NCBI GenBank assembly: GCA_041389565.1
Contig: JAWKRP010000037.1
Coordinates: forward strand, 5,708 to 69,707
Direction of reading: 5' to 3'
Origin: Myxococcota bacterium
GTDB lineage: Bacteria > Myxococcota_A > UBA796 > GCA-2862545
DNA length: 64,000 nt
Position 1 is the stretch's first letter. Each line of letters starts with the position of its first letter. Below are positions 1 to 8,000 of this stretch, one piece after another. The notes under the pieces were generated by a model that was given only the letters and a program-made list of their open reading frames with translations, ran no database searches and had not been told where the DNA came from. Position numbers and translations under genes: made by a program.

Positions 1-216
1 GAAGCTCGCGCCGTGGCTGCCGTGGTCGACGTACGCCACGGCGTATCGGTACCCGACGATCGCGGGTCGGAAGCCCCGCAAGCCTCCGTCCAACGAGGTC
101 CTCGACGCCGTGGCTGCCCTCCGCGCGCTCGCGTCCGAGGCCCGAGCCACCGTGTCCTGAGACTGTCCGACGACTCGCAGAGCGCTCGTGAGGATTGCGC
201 CAAGCGCTTTGGGCAT
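1..216 (-). CDS. Possible 5' end of a hypothetical gene running off the left edge (MPKALGAILTSALRVVGQSQ...)
   Basis: ATG (cat on + strand) at 214-216; the frame stays open to position 1 with mostly G/C third positions. No recognisable motif and no clear SD. Confidence 0.3.
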   Translation of the reverse strand, partial: MPKALGAILTSALRVVGQSQDTVARASDASARRAATASRTSLDGGLRGFRPAIVGYRYAVAYVDHGSHGASF

Positions 217-284
217 GAGGAGCTCGGCAGCAGGCTGGATTGTCTCCCTGAGAGGACGGGCACCGCGACTGCTCCCATGCGACG

Positions 285-2876
285 ATGCCCGCGATGTCGG
301 ACCCCTTCGATCCCCCGCTCGAGCTCGTATCCGGGCGGGTCGACCTCCAGCGCGGCGTGCTGCACGGCCCGGACGGAGAGGTGCGCCTGACGTCCAGGGA
401 GGCCGCGCTCCTGGCCCATCTCGCCGCGCGCCCCGGCGAGGTCGTGTCGCGAAACGAGCTGCTGCGCGAGGTCTTCGGGGTGTCCGAGCGCGTACGTAGC
501 CGCACGGTCGACACGACGATGGCCCGCCTCCGGCAGAAGATCGAGCCCGACCCCGCCGCGCCCGTGCACCTCCGCACGCTCACCGGACGTGGCGTGCAGT
601 TCGTGCCCCGCGAGGTGTCCGCGGCTCCCGACGCGCTCGCGCTGGGCCGGTGGCGCTTCGATCCCGCCGCCGGCACCCTCGTGGCACCCGGCGAGGTCCG
701 TGCGCTCACCCCCCAGCAGGTCGCGCTGCTCACGTGTCTCGGCCGCGCGCGCGGAGCGACCGTGTCCGACGCCGAGCTGCTCGCGGCGCTCACCGACGGG
801 AAGGGCGGCTCCCGACGGTCGCTGACCACCGCCGTGTACCGGCTGCGGTCCCTGCTCGAAGACGACCCCGGGAACCCGGTGCACCTCGTGACGGTGCCCG
901 GCGAGGGGTACCGGCTCGTGGCCCACGCGCCCCGCACCGGCGAGGTGCCCGCCGGGCGGCCGCTGTTCGGGCGGGAGGAGCTCGTCGGAGCCGTGCTGGA
1001 CGCGCTGACCCGCGGGGTCGTCGCGCTCGTCGGTCCGGCCGGGATCGGCAAGTCCCACCTCGCGCGCGAGGTCGTCGAGCGGCTGCCCGAGAGCACCGAG
1101 GTCGCCTGGGTGTCCCTGCGCGATGCCCCCGGTCCGGACGGGGCCCGCGAAGCCCTCGGCCAGGCCCTGCGCGTCCCGCCGGATGCGGGATCCCTCCAGG
1201 CTCGCCTCGCCGGCTTCGCGGGTGTGCTCGTCCTCGAGGACGCCGAGCCCTCCCACGCCCTCGCGCCCTGGCTGGCCGGCGTGACCGCGCTGGTCACGGC
1301 CCTCCAGCCCCCCGACCCCGACGGCATGCTCGTGATCGAGGTCCCTCCCCTCGACGAGGCCGCCGCCGCCGAGCTCTTCCGCCACGAGGCCGGCGTGGTC
1401 CCGGACCACGCGCTCGCCGGGCCGCCCCTCCAGGTCCTGCTCGCCGCCCGCCGCGCGCGCTCCGATCCGGGCCTCCCCCACGACGCCGGCGTCGAGGCCA
1501 CGTGGGACGCCCTCGCCGAGGCCGATCGGTCCGTGTGGGCGCAGGCCAGCGTGTTCGTCGGCAGCTTCGACCTCGACGCCGCCGAGGCGGTCATCGAGAC
1601 CCGGGGCTGGGTGGTGGACCGGCTCGCGTCCCTGGCCGACGCCGCGGTGCTGACCCTCGAGCACTCGGCCGGCGGCCTCCGCTACCACCTGCACGCGCAC
1701 CTGCGGGCCCTCGGCGCCGAGCGGCTCACGGGCGTCGAGCGCGACGCGACCGAGCACCGGCTCGTGGAGTGGGGACGCCGCCTGGCCCGCCGCCACGAGG
1801 TGTGGGTGGGCGTCGGGACCCACGAGGCCGACATCCCGAACCTGCGGCGCGCCCACCGGCTCCGCCCGCTCGACCCCGACCTCACGCGCATCCTCGTGTG
1901 GCCCGAGCAGCAGCGGCTCGACGCGCACGCCGCGCTCGCGCTCATGGCGCCCCTGCTCGCGGTCGACCCCGACCCCGCCCTGCTGATCGAAGAAGCCGGC
2001 GTGCGCATCGGCATGCTCGACTTCGACGGAGCCGCGGCGGCGCTCGACCGCATGCCGGAGCTCCCGAGCCCGACCCTGCGCGCGGGACGGGAGTGGATGC
2101 GGGCGCTCATCGTGCGGCACCACGAGGGAGAGCGCGCGATGGACCGGCACGTGCGCGTCGGGCTGGCACTCGACGGTGTCGACCCGATGATGCGCCAGGC
2201 GCTCCTCCTGATGGGTGCGGACGCAGCCGTGACCTCCGGAGACCCCGACCGCGCCGAGTCCCTCGCGCTCGAAGCCCTCAGGTTGCCCGGGAACCCGGTG
2301 ACCGCCCTGCTCCGCCTCGCGGACGTCGCGCGCAGCCGCGGGGACTTCGCGGCCGCCATCGAGCACCTCCAGGCGGCCCTCCGTCGGCCCGGCGACCCGG
2401 CCGTGCGCGGGAACATCCGCCGCATGCTGGGCTTCATCGAGCTCCTCGCCGATCGACTGGAGGACGCCGAGCGCACGCTCGTGCTGTGCCTCGACCACGC
2501 CCGGTCGCTCGGCCAGGCGCACGGGCTCGGCGGGACGCTCATGAACGTCGTGCGCTTGCGGGTGATGCAGCGGCGCTACGCCGAGGTGCCGGAGCTGATC
2601 GCGGAGGCCTTGAAGGGCGTGACCGTGCCCTCCCCGCCGTACGCCTGGTTCCACGCCTGGGACGCTGCGGTGGCCGCGCTCACCGGGCGCCCCGACGACG
2701 CGCGGACCGCGGCACGCCACTACGCCGAGTGGATGGGAACGGCCCCGGATCCCGGGTTCTTCGCCGTGCTCCGGCCGCTGTGGGACCCGTCGGCCCCCGA
2801 GGTGGACGCACCCGACACCCTGGACGGCCGCATCGCGACGCGATGTCGCAGAGAGGCGGTCAGCCCGCCAGCGTGA
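285..2876 (+). CDS. STAND-type transcriptional regulator: two tandem OmpR/PhoB-type winged-helix DNA-binding domains + P-loop NTPase + TPR-like C-terminus
   Basis: 863-aa ORF. Two Trans_reg_C-like segments (LTSREAALLAHLAARPGEVVSRNELLREVFG...ARLRQKIEPDP...GRGVQF and LTPQQVALLTCLGRARGATVSDAELL...VYRLRSLLEDDP...GEGYRL). Walker A VGPAGIGKSHLA. Long Ala/Leu-rich helical repeats. Confidence 0.85.
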   Translation: MPAMSDPFDPPLELVSGRVDLQRGVLHGPDGEVRLTSREAALLAHLAARPGEVVSRNELLREVFGVSERVRSRTVDTTMARLRQKIEPDPAAPVHLRTLTGRGVQFVPREVSAAPDALALGRWRFDPAAGTLVAPGEVRALTPQQVALLTCLGRARGATVSDAELLAALTDGKGGSRRSLTTAVYRLRSLLEDDPGNPVHLVTVPGEGYRLVAHAPRTGEVPAGRPLFGREELVGAVLDALTRGVVALVGPAGIGKSHLAREVVERLPESTEVAWVSLRDAPGPDGAREALGQALRVPPDAGSLQARLAGFAGVLVLEDAEPSHALAPWLAGVTALVTALQPPDPDGMLVIEVPPLDEAAAAELFRHEAGVVPDHALAGPPLQVLLAARRARSDPGLPHDAGVEATWDALAEADRSVWAQASVFVGSFDLDAAEAVIETRGWVVDRLASLADAAVLTLEHSAGGLRYHLHAHLRALGAERLTGVERDATEHRLVEWGRRLARRHEVWVGVGTHEADIPNLRRAHRLRPLDPDLTRILVWPEQQRLDAHAALALMAPLLAVDPDPALLIEEAGVRIGMLDFDGAAAALDRMPELPSPTLRAGREWMRALIVRHHEGERAMDRHVRVGLALDGVDPMMRQALLLMGADAAVTSGDPDRAESLALEALRLPGNPVTALLRLADVARSRGDFAAAIEHLQAALRRPGDPAVRGNIRRMLGFIELLADRLEDAERTLVLCLDHARSLGQAHGLGGTLMNVVRLRVMQRRYAEVPELIAEALKGVTVPSPPYAWFHAWDAAVAALTGRPDDARTAARHYAEWMGTAPDPGFFAVLRPLWDPSAPEVDAPDTLDGRIATRCRREAVSPPA

Positions 2877-4407
2877 GGGCGAGCAGCGCTTCCAGCCCGT
2901 CCGGGTCGACCGGATCGCGGGATGCCGCCTCCAGCGCATCGACGAACGCAGCCCCCGCATCGCCCGTGTGCCGGGCATGGGCGGTGGACAGCGCCCTCCG
3001 GCCGGTCTGCGCGTAGGCCAGCGCGAGCCAGCCGCGGATCCGCGCACGCACCCCCGGCTCGACCGGGCCCTGGAGCAGGGCTTCCCCCACACGGACCGCG
3101 CGGGCAGGCTCTCCCAGGACCACGAGGAACGGAACGAGCGTGCCGGCCAGCTCCGCGCGGTGCTCGGCGCGCGCGAGGGCCCACCAGCCCGCCTCGAGCC
3201 GGTCGACGGACGCGAGGTCCCGAATCGACGCACGGACCTCCCGCAGGCCGCGGGCCTCGGCGCGCGCGGCGGAGAGGGCCGGCTCGAAACCCTCCGCCCG
3301 GGAGCCTTCAGCGAGCTGGCTCGCTGACTCCTCCCTGGATTCCTCTGGCCGGGAGCCTTCAGCGAGCTGGCTCGCTGACTCCCGAAGCATCCCGAACCGC
3401 TCCACGAACCGCCTGAACAGGGCCGGCTGCACCCACCGGTCGCCGTGGGCCACGAGCAGCCCGCAATCGCGCAGGGCCTCCAGCGCGGACCGCGGGACGC
3501 CGGCCCGCTCCGCGTCGCGGTCCGTGAATCCGGGCGCCAGTCCGGCGAGCTCGCGCCACGCGTCGCGAACCGGACCGGGAGCCGCGTCCCACGTCGCTTC
3601 CACCGCGCTCTCGACCCCTTCCAGCACCCGGAACGGCGTGTCGGCGAGCCGGGCGACCAGTGCGTCGGGCGACACGGTCTGCAGGCGCCGTGCGGCCGCC
3701 AGGAGCGCGAGCGGGAACCCGCCCAGGTCTTCCAGCCAGACCTCGGGCGGACCGCCGTGGTGCGCGAACAGGAAGCGCGACGCGACCGGGTCGAGCGGGC
3801 CCACCCCGAACGCCGGACCGTCCGCCGACCGTGCCGTGCGGAGCACACGGTGACCGCCCGGACCGTCGACCCCGTCGAGCACCACCAGCGCGTCGGGCCG
3901 CACCGGATCGGCCCGATCCGCGTCGTGCCAGCACACCGGCCCGTCGTGGCGGTGCGCGATCTCGAGCGCCACGCGGGTCTTGCCGATCCCCACGGGCCCC
4001 ACGAGCATCACGTCCCCGTGCACGAGCGCCTCCCGGATGGCCTGCACGAGCGCCTCACGACCGAACAGCGGGCCCTCGCGCACGGGCAGCGGCAGGCCCG
4101 AAGACCGCAGGAAGCGCACCCCCTCGCCGAACACGGTGACCAGGTTCTCCGGCACGTCGCCCGGGTCGATCTTCCGGCGCAGCCGCTTCAGCGCACTGTC
4201 GGGAGCGCGGCTCGTCACCTGCGGCGAGTACCCCCACACGTCGGTGAGCAGGGTCTCGCGGGTCACCACCTCGCCTTCGTGGGCCACGAGGTGGCGCAGC
4301 AGGTCGACCTCGATGCCCGACAGCGCGATCCGCTCGCCCTCGTCGGTCCAGACACACGACTCGTCCAGCACCAGCCGGCCGGCCGCGACGCGGAGGTCTC
4401 CGTCCAT
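2860..4407 (-). CDS. Winged-helix (OmpR/PhoB-type) + P-loop NTPase regulator with helical C-terminus
   Basis: ORF 2860..4443 opens with TTG; ATG at 4407 (MDGDLRVAAGRLVLDE...) is the more likely start. Motifs: LSGIEVDLLRHLVAHEGEVVTRETLLTDVWGY...LKRLRRKIDP...GEGVRF and Walker A VGPVGIGKTRVA. The 3' end overlaps the convergent gene by 17 nt. Confidence 0.8.
   Translation of the reverse strand: MDGDLRVAAGRLVLDESCVWTDEGERIALSGIEVDLLRHLVAHEGEVVTRETLLTDVWGYSPQVTSRAPDSALKRLRRKIDPGDVPENLVTVFGEGVRFLRSSGLPLPVREGPLFGREALVQAIREALVHGDVMLVGPVGIGKTRVALEIAHRHDGPVCWHDADRADPVRPDALVVLDGVDGPGGHRVLRTARSADGPAFGVGPLDPVASRFLFAHHGGPPEVWLEDLGGFPLALLAAARRLQTVSPDALVARLADTPFRVLEGVESAVEATWDAAPGPVRDAWRELAGLAPGFTDRDAERAGVPRSALEALRDCGLLVAHGDRWVQPALFRRFVERFGMLRESASQLAEGSRPEESREESASQLAEGSRAEGFEPALSAARAEARGLREVRASIRDLASVDRLEAGWWALARAEHRAELAGTLVPFLVVLGEPARAVRVGEALLQGPVEPGVRARIRGWLALAYAQTGRRALSTAHARHTGDAGAAFVDALEAASRDPVDPDGLEALLALTLAG
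3300..3335. repeat. REP-like hairpin element, copy 1 (inside CDS 2860..4407)
   Basis: gggagccttcagcgagctggctcgctgactcctccc. Inverted arms TCAGCGAGC/GCTCGCTGA with outer GGGAG/CTCCC. Part of a 51-bp unit repeated at 3351. Confidence 0.85.
3351..3383. repeat. REP-like hairpin element, copy 2 (inside CDS 2860..4407)
   Basis: Identical 32-nt core gggagccttcagcgagctggctcgctgactcc, 51 bp after copy 1. Both copies translate in frame as ESASQLAEGS. Confidence 0.85.
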
Positions 4408-4522
4408 GGGCCGGGTGTATCGACCCGGGTCACGGCGATGCAACAGCGTGTGTCAGCTCGGCCAGGACTGCTTCTCCTCGTCCGGGAGGAGCGTACGTGG
4501 AGTGCATCCCCAGGAGGTCCTC

Positions 4523-5332
4523 ATGTCCGGTCGTACCCGCAGCCAGTCCAAGCTCTCCCCTTCGGCCGGCCTCTCCGGAGGCTCGGCGGCGGTCGGGCAG
4601 CAGGCGCCGAGCCTCGGCAACAGCTTCATCCAGTCGATGATGAACCTCACGCCCGTCGGGCCCATGGTGAACGGCGTCGAGGGCCTCACCGCGCTCGGCG
4701 GGTTGTTCAACGACCACGAGAACGTCGGCAAGGCGCAGAGCACGGCATCCGACCTGCGCTCGCTCGCGGGGTTCACCAACGCGATGGGCGTCGCGAACGG
4801 CATGCAGGGCATGCCCGGGATGGGCCCGATCACCTCGGCGTTCGGGCTGATGAACACCGGGCGCGCCCTCGACGACGGCCAGGAGCACGGGTGGAACCTC
4901 GAGCGCGGGTTCAACCTGGCGAACGGCGTCGCGACCACGATCGGTCCGTGGCTGCCGGGCGTAGGGCCCGCGCTGGCGGCCTCCTGGGGCTTCGGCACGA
5001 CCGTGGGCAAGCACCTCGACCGCGGGAGCGAGGCGGCGGCCCGCAAGATGGCCGGCCCGGATGGGGATGCGCGGGGCCTGTCGTCGCGCCTCGCGGACCG
5101 CGGCGCGAGTGTGGACTCGTACCTCGACTCCGCGCTCACCGGCATCCTGAGCGAAGAGAACGCCGACCTCGCCGGAGACGTGCTGGGCGGGGCGTTCACG
5201 GTCGGACAGATGCTGACGCCCGCGCTGCACTACGACATCGTGGACAGCTTCACGGGCGGCGGCGCGACGAAGGCGAAGAACTGGGCGGGCGACAAGGCGT
5301 CCGAGGCGTGGGACTGGGCGACCGACTGGTAG
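4523..5332 (+). CDS. Hypothetical Gly/Ala-rich protein (269 aa), no recognised domain
   Basis: ATG at 4523 follows aggagg (4512-4517), in frame with ORF 3980..5332. Upstream ORF sequence would overlap the divergent regulator. Composition is varied (W, F, N, M, K), unlike spurious frames. Confidence 0.6.
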   Translation: MSGRTRSQSKLSPSAGLSGGSAAVGQQAPSLGNSFIQSMMNLTPVGPMVNGVEGLTALGGLFNDHENVGKAQSTASDLRSLAGFTNAMGVANGMQGMPGMGPITSAFGLMNTGRALDDGQEHGWNLERGFNLANGVATTIGPWLPGVGPALAASWGFGTTVGKHLDRGSEAAARKMAGPDGDARGLSSRLADRGASVDSYLDSALTGILSEENADLAGDVLGGAFTVGQMLTPALHYDIVDSFTGGGATKAKNWAGDKASEAWDWATDW

Positions 5333-5407
5333 GTCTTCGCACGCGAACCCCGGCGCGATCCAGCGCTCCGGCAAGACGTAGCGCCACCTCCATGGGATCG
5401 AGCTCGG

Positions 5408-5641
5408 TCACCCGGTTCGTCTCAGGCGTTTCAGCGCCGCGATGGTCGACTCCGGCAGCGGGTCTTCCATGGCGAGGAGGCGGTCGCGTTGCGTATGGGC
5501 GAGGACCTGGCTCCACGCTGCCGCACAGCACTGCGCCACGACCTCGAGCCGCTCCTCGGGAGTGAGGCTCTTGGCGTACGCGCACTCCTTCTCGAGCGTC
5601 TGGATCTCCCGGTCGAGGGATGGCGGAAGCACGATCGGCAT
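5408..5641 (-). CDS. Hypothetical small protein (77 aa)
   Basis: ATG-initiated ORF with balanced composition (MPIVLPPSLDREIQTLEKECAYAKSLTPEERLE...) and high GC3. No known motif. Confidence 0.45.
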   Translation of the reverse strand: MPIVLPPSLDREIQTLEKECAYAKSLTPEERLEVVAQCCAAAWSQVLAHTQRDRLLAMEDPLPESTIAALKRLRRTG

Positions 5642-5748
5642 GGAATCCCCTATCCCGCGACCGACCGTTCGCCCCGCGGGTCACACCGGCGCACCATGTC
5701 TGAAGATGTCGGGCGGCCGGACGCCGTCGGGAGGCGCGGATACCGGGC

Positions 5749-7278
5749 TTGCCGATGCACGTGCTCCCCCTGCCCGACCCCCTGCGGCCCGAAGCCCGCG
5801 CCACCGCCGTCCGGGCCGCGGCCGAGCGCTCCGTCCATCCCGACGTGCTCGCATCGATCCGGGCCACCACCCCCGCCCAGGAGCGCAGCCGGGATGCCCT
5901 CGCGCGCGGGGTGGCCGTGGTCACGGGCCAGCAGGCCGGGCTGTTCGGAGGCCCGCTGTACACCGTCTACAAGGCCGCCGCCGCCATCGTGAACGCCCGC
6001 GCCCTCGAAGCCGAGACGGGCGTCCCCTGCGCGCCGGTGTTCTGGCTGCAGGACGAAGACCACGACTTCGACGAGATCGCCTCGGTCGGCCTGCTCGATC
6101 GGGAGGGTCGCCTCGCATGGGCCCGTGTGCACGGGATTCCGGAGGAGGACGGTCGCTCGGTGGTCCACCGGCGCCTGGGCCCCTCGGTGGTCGGCGCGCT
6201 GGCGGTTCTCGAGGACTGCATCGGCGGGCTGCCCCACGCACCCGAGATCCTCGCGCTGTTCCGCGGCTCGCACACCCCCGACACCACGGCGTCCGACGCG
6301 TTCCGCGCGGGCCTCGACCGCCTGTTCGCCCCCCACGGCCTGCTCGTGGTCGACGCCGGCTCGCCCGACCTGCGGGAGGCCGCCGCACCCGTCCATGCAC
6401 GTGCGTTCGCCGACGCCGTGCCGCTCTCCCGGGCCCTGCAGGCCCAGTCCGATGCGCTCGAGGCCAGCGGGCGGGGCGCGCCGGTGTGGGTCCGGCCGGA
6501 GGCCCCCCTGTCGTTCGTCCATCCCGACGGGCCCGACGGGCCGCGCTATCGCGTGGAGCCCCATCCGGACGGGGGCTTCCTGCTGTGCGGGACCGACCGC
6601 GTCCTCGACGCCGACACCGCGAGGGCCTGCGCCCACAGCACCTCCGCGCTGCTCCGCCCCGTCCTCCAGGACACCTGGCTGCCCACGGCCGCGTACGTCG
6701 GCGGGCCCGGCGAGCTGGCCTACCTCGCGCAGATGCCCCCGCTGTACGCCGGCTTCGGCCTGCCCGTGCCCCTCATGGTCCCGCGCGCCCGGTTCCTGGT
6801 CGTCGACGGCACCGCCAGCAAGCTGCTCGACCAGCTCGGCCTGCGGCCCCGGGATCTGGCGTCCCCGCGCGAAGCGCTGCTCGCCCGCCTGGGCACCGCG
6901 CGCGGTGGGCTGCCCGACCCCGACGCCCTGCTCGCGTCCGTCACCGACGGCCCGACCGCCGCCCTCACCGCGTTCCGGCCCCAGGCCGACGGGCTGGATG
7001 CGGGCCTCGGTCGCTCGGTCGACAAGACGCTCGAGCACCTCCGGTCCACGGCCGAGAAGCTCGTCGACCGGTACCGCAAGGCGCTGGCGCGCGACGACGA
7101 GGTGATGGTCGACCGCCTCGATCGGCTGCTCGACCGCCTCCAGCCCGACGGCGCCCCCCAGGAGCGCGTGCTCGCCTGGGCCCCGTTCGCGGCCCGGGTC
7201 GGCATCGATGCGTTCGTCGAGCGCGTGCTGTCCGAGACGGTCCCCTTCGATGCGGCGCTCCGCGAGGTGTCCCTGTGA
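5749..7278 (+). CDS. bshC: Bacillithiol biosynthesis cysteine-adding enzyme BshC
   Basis: The signature VVTGQQAGLFGGPLYTVYKAAAAIV...PVFWLQDEDHDFDEI matches the BshC/YllA family N-terminal motif. TTG at 5749 or ATG at 5755 may be the start. The stop overlaps the next start (GTGA). Confidence 0.8.
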   Translation: MPMHVLPLPDPLRPEARATAVRAAAERSVHPDVLASIRATTPAQERSRDALARGVAVVTGQQAGLFGGPLYTVYKAAAAIVNARALEAETGVPCAPVFWLQDEDHDFDEIASVGLLDREGRLAWARVHGIPEEDGRSVVHRRLGPSVVGALAVLEDCIGGLPHAPEILALFRGSHTPDTTASDAFRAGLDRLFAPHGLLVVDAGSPDLREAAAPVHARAFADAVPLSRALQAQSDALEASGRGAPVWVRPEAPLSFVHPDGPDGPRYRVEPHPDGGFLLCGTDRVLDADTARACAHSTSALLRPVLQDTWLPTAAYVGGPGELAYLAQMPPLYAGFGLPVPLMVPRARFLVVDGTASKLLDQLGLRPRDLASPREALLARLGTARGGLPDPDALLASVTDGPTAALTAFRPQADGLDAGLGRSVDKTLEHLRSTAEKLVDRYRKALARDDEVMVDRLDRLLDRLQPDGAPQERVLAWAPFAARVGIDAFVERVLSETVPFDAALREVSL

Positions 7279-8000
7279 TCGAGCTCGTGTGCTTCAGCCC
7301 ACACCCCGACGACGCCGAGCTCTCCTGCGGCGGCTGGCTCGCCCTCGCCGCCGACCGCGGCCAGTCCGTGGGCATCGTCGACCTGTCCGCCGGAGAGCTC
7401 GCCACCAACGGGTCCGTCGCGGTCCGTGCCGCCGAAGCCGCCGCTGCGGCCGGGGTCCTGGGGCTGTCCCATCGCGAGAACCTGGGCCTGCCCGACGGTC
7501 ACCTCGCGGTCGTGGAGGACCAGGTCCGCGCGGTCGTCGAGGTCCTGCGGCGCCTCCGTCCCGCTCTCGCGCTCGCCCCGTGGACGCACGCCCGGCACCC
7601 CGACCACGCCGCCACCGGAGCGCTCCTCCAGCGCGCGGTGTTCCACGCCGGCCTCGCGAAGTACGCCCCGGAGCTCGGGTCCCCCCACCGTCCGCGGCTG
7701 CTGCACTACCCACAGCGCCACGAGGTCCGCCCCGACTTCGTGGTCGACATCACCGCCGTGGTGGACCGGAAGCGCGCCGCCATCGCCGCGCACGTCAGCC
7801 AGGTGGGCCCGGGAGCGGCCACCCTGGTGAACCAGCCCGTCGGGCACGGCGCCTGGGACGTGCGGGACCGCTACTGGGGCGCCACCATCGGGGTCGCGTA
7901 CGGCGAGCCCTACCTGCTCGGCACGCCCGTGCCGCTGTCCGACCCGCTGGCGCACTTCGCCGCGCACCCGGCCCTGCCTGCGCTGGTGCCGCCGCGATGA
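7275..8000 (+). CDS. bshB: N-acetyl-alpha-D-glucosaminyl L-malate deacetylase BshB (LmbE/PIG-L family)
   Basis: VIELVCFSPHPDDAELSCGG...HPDH is the PIG-L/LmbE zinc-deacetylase motif set. GTG at 7275 overlaps the bshC stop. Its own stop overlaps the bshA start (ATGA at 7997-8000). Confidence 0.85.
   Translation: MIELVCFSPHPDDAELSCGGWLALAADRGQSVGIVDLSAGELATNGSVAVRAAEAAAAAGVLGLSHRENLGLPDGHLAVVEDQVRAVVEVLRRLRPALALAPWTHARHPDHAATGALLQRAVFHAGLAKYAPELGSPHRPRLLHYPQRHEVRPDFVVDITAVVDRKRAAIAAHVSQVGPGAATLVNQPVGHGAWDVRDRYWGATIGVAYGEPYLLGTPVPLSDPLAHFAAHPALPALVPPR

Noticed and set aside
650-3016. 788-aa ORF, one of many very long ORFs in other frames or strands (also 3445..5565, 13726..16017, 29426..33157, 32163..37073, 40656..44534, 42607..45036, 47988..51317, 55715..57625, 58868..61048).
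   Set aside because: The translations are dominated by Arg/Pro/Gly/Ala runs typical of off-frame reading of GC-rich DNA. Each overlaps an ORF with clear domain motifs and balanced composition.
3300-3383. Possible mini-CRISPR (two identical 32-nt palindromic repeats).
   Set aside because: There are only two adjacent copies, the spacer is just 19 nt, the pair lies inside a CDS, a third copy sits alone at 10144-10198, and no cas genes are in the window. A REP/BIME-like element fits better.
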